NCBI GenBank assembly: GCA_051294375.1
Contig: CM119268.1
Span: 12,717,770-12,781,769, forward strand
From: Paraspadella gotoi
Lineage: Eukaryota; Animalia; Chaetognatha
DNA: 64,000 nt
Reading direction: 5' to 3'
The notes under the pieces were generated by a model. That model was not told the DNA's origin. It ran no database searches and saw only the letters and a program-made list of their open reading frames with translations. Positions 62,169-64,000 of the stretch are shown here, piece by piece; within the stretch, counting starts at the first letter, position 1; each line of letters opens with the position of its first letter. Made by a program: the position numbers and the translations under genes.

Positions 62169-64000
62169 CACTGCGCTATTTCTAGAAAACCACATCCAAG
62201 CGACCCTTTACGTCCCCATGGCACCGCGAGTGACGTCGGCGCGATGGGGGCCAGAGTTGACAACCGAGAGAAAACACTGGTTGCCTCGGTTGCGTCCCTC
62301 TCTCTCCGCCGACGAGCGGCCTTTATTCCCTTCTGCTGATCTCTCTTCCTACGTCCCTCCACATCCCTCTCTTCCCAACTCCCTCCACACCCCCTCTCTT
62401 CCTACGTCCCTCCACACCCCCGATAACTACCCTCTCCCTCTGCGTGATTTGTTTTCGTTTTCCCCGATTCCTCGATTGTTTCGTTCCGCGCCGGAGTGAA
62501 ATCCCGTATCGGGATTCGCGTCGGAATAAAAATCCAAGTTTTTTTGGCGCCGGTGTAAATCCCGCACCTCGGCGAAATCGCGCCGGTGCGAATCCCTGGA
62601 CCGAAATTTGCGCGGGCGCGCAACAGTTTCCATCAGTTTTTTTTTTTTTAATTGCTGTGAAAGCGCAAGGTCGGAAAATGGATCGTGATTTGTTTGGCGT
62701 CCACTTTAATGAAGCCTGTGTTGCCGCTTGATTCTTGAAAGCTNNNNNNNNNNNNNNNNTTTTTTTTTTTTTGTTATTAAATCCCTCGCGCCAGACATCC
62801 AGACATCCGGACTCCCCGATACTGGGACGCGGACAGAAACTGCAAATGGCCTCTCCCGACTCTTCCTCTTTCTTCTACGAAACTCGGTTTTTCCAAGTCG
62901 GCTCACGCTCCCATATTTTACGTTTTGCCGATAAAAACGAAATTTTTGTTTCTGTCCGCCATAAACCAAAAAAAAAGGGTGAAAATCCGATATTTGGCGT
63001 CCGTCGATCCGTCGCATCCCTCGCTTAATCCTCGATGCGGGGCCAACTCGACAAGTGGCGACAAAAAAAACTCTAGCCAGAAACGCGTGTTTCGAGAGAA
63101 ACGTGCCTTTTCGTCGGCTCGCGTTTTTAAATGAGTTTTTTCTTCCCTTTTTCTTGTACACGCCGCACTTATACTAACACTATCATGACAACGTGACTGC
63201 TGACGGACGGGGTGTGGTCACGAATCCACGGTGCCTCAGAATCGACTCGATAGGCAATGGGTAGAGGAAACAACACTCCAGAGAAAAAAAGTGTTTGAAT
63301 TGTCGACCACTGGGGGGGGGGTGTTCTCCACACAAGATGGAGAGGACGATGCACCACTGGGTGTGACGGCGGGCGCCGGCCGGGCTTGAGAAGCACGAAA
63401 CCCTCTAACGCGTAGACCACAATGTCAGTTAACCACAGGGCGGCACGGTCAACCACAATAAAGCCCACAGTGAATATGTGCATACGAATAGAGATTAGAA
63501 CAAACACTCGAACACGTACTTTCTTATTTAATATTTAATATGTAACACGATGCTCACAAGGCTGTAACATAGAATTCAATGATATTAATTAATAATCAAA
63601 CAATAAACGAATATTATGCATCGGTAAACAATGAGTCTTTAGATGATGTTCTTCACAGCATTGTCTCCATCAGCCGGGTACGCGCTCGGCCACGCCTCCC
63701 TCCTTCCTTTCGCTACACACGGCGGGGATTTTTTCTTTTCGTGTTTTCTTTCCGACCTCACCCGCTTTATCTCTTGTTTTTGATCAACCGACTTTTTTCA
63801 TATAGAGCGCGGATGAATAACCCATGAAAAAATAGTTCCCCTTGCATATTTTAGTTTTTCTCTCGCATTTCAATTTTCATACGGCTGAACGGAAAAGGGA
63901 GATTAGGGCGCCAAGGGGGCGGAAAGAGAGAGAGAGAGAGAGCGCACACACACAACACTCTCTCCATATCGTCCCCATACTCTCAACATCCACGATTCGC

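Overview
Eukaryotic (probably invertebrate animal) genomic DNA that is AT-rich and full of (AG)n/(CT)n, (GTC)n and poly-A/T tracts, with CpG still common. Almost all entries in the six-frame ORF track are low-complexity artefacts. The one firmly supported gene is a + strand, multi-exon M1-family zinc aminopeptidase (ERAP/LNPEP/ENPEP-like). Six GT-AG exons between 38861 and 60455 splice in phase up to the GAMEN motif, with one 1-nt frameshift in a G run, and the gene continues past the window end. Several phase-compatible exons of unknown identity lie upstream (about 1154-5928 and their copies). The first ~38 kb is dominated by apparent duplications (three copies of a ~7-9 kb block, two copies of a ~5 kb block) separated by 25-N gaps, most likely long-read gap-filling artefacts. 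The most interesting real element is a ~180-bp inverted repeat at 37837-38015. Its right arm holds a minimal type-I hammerhead ribozyme of the kind found in Penelope-like elements, and its left arm holds an antisense copy lacking helix II. Several minisatellites are also present. I see no prokaryotic genes, rRNA, CRISPR array or transposase/RT ORF.
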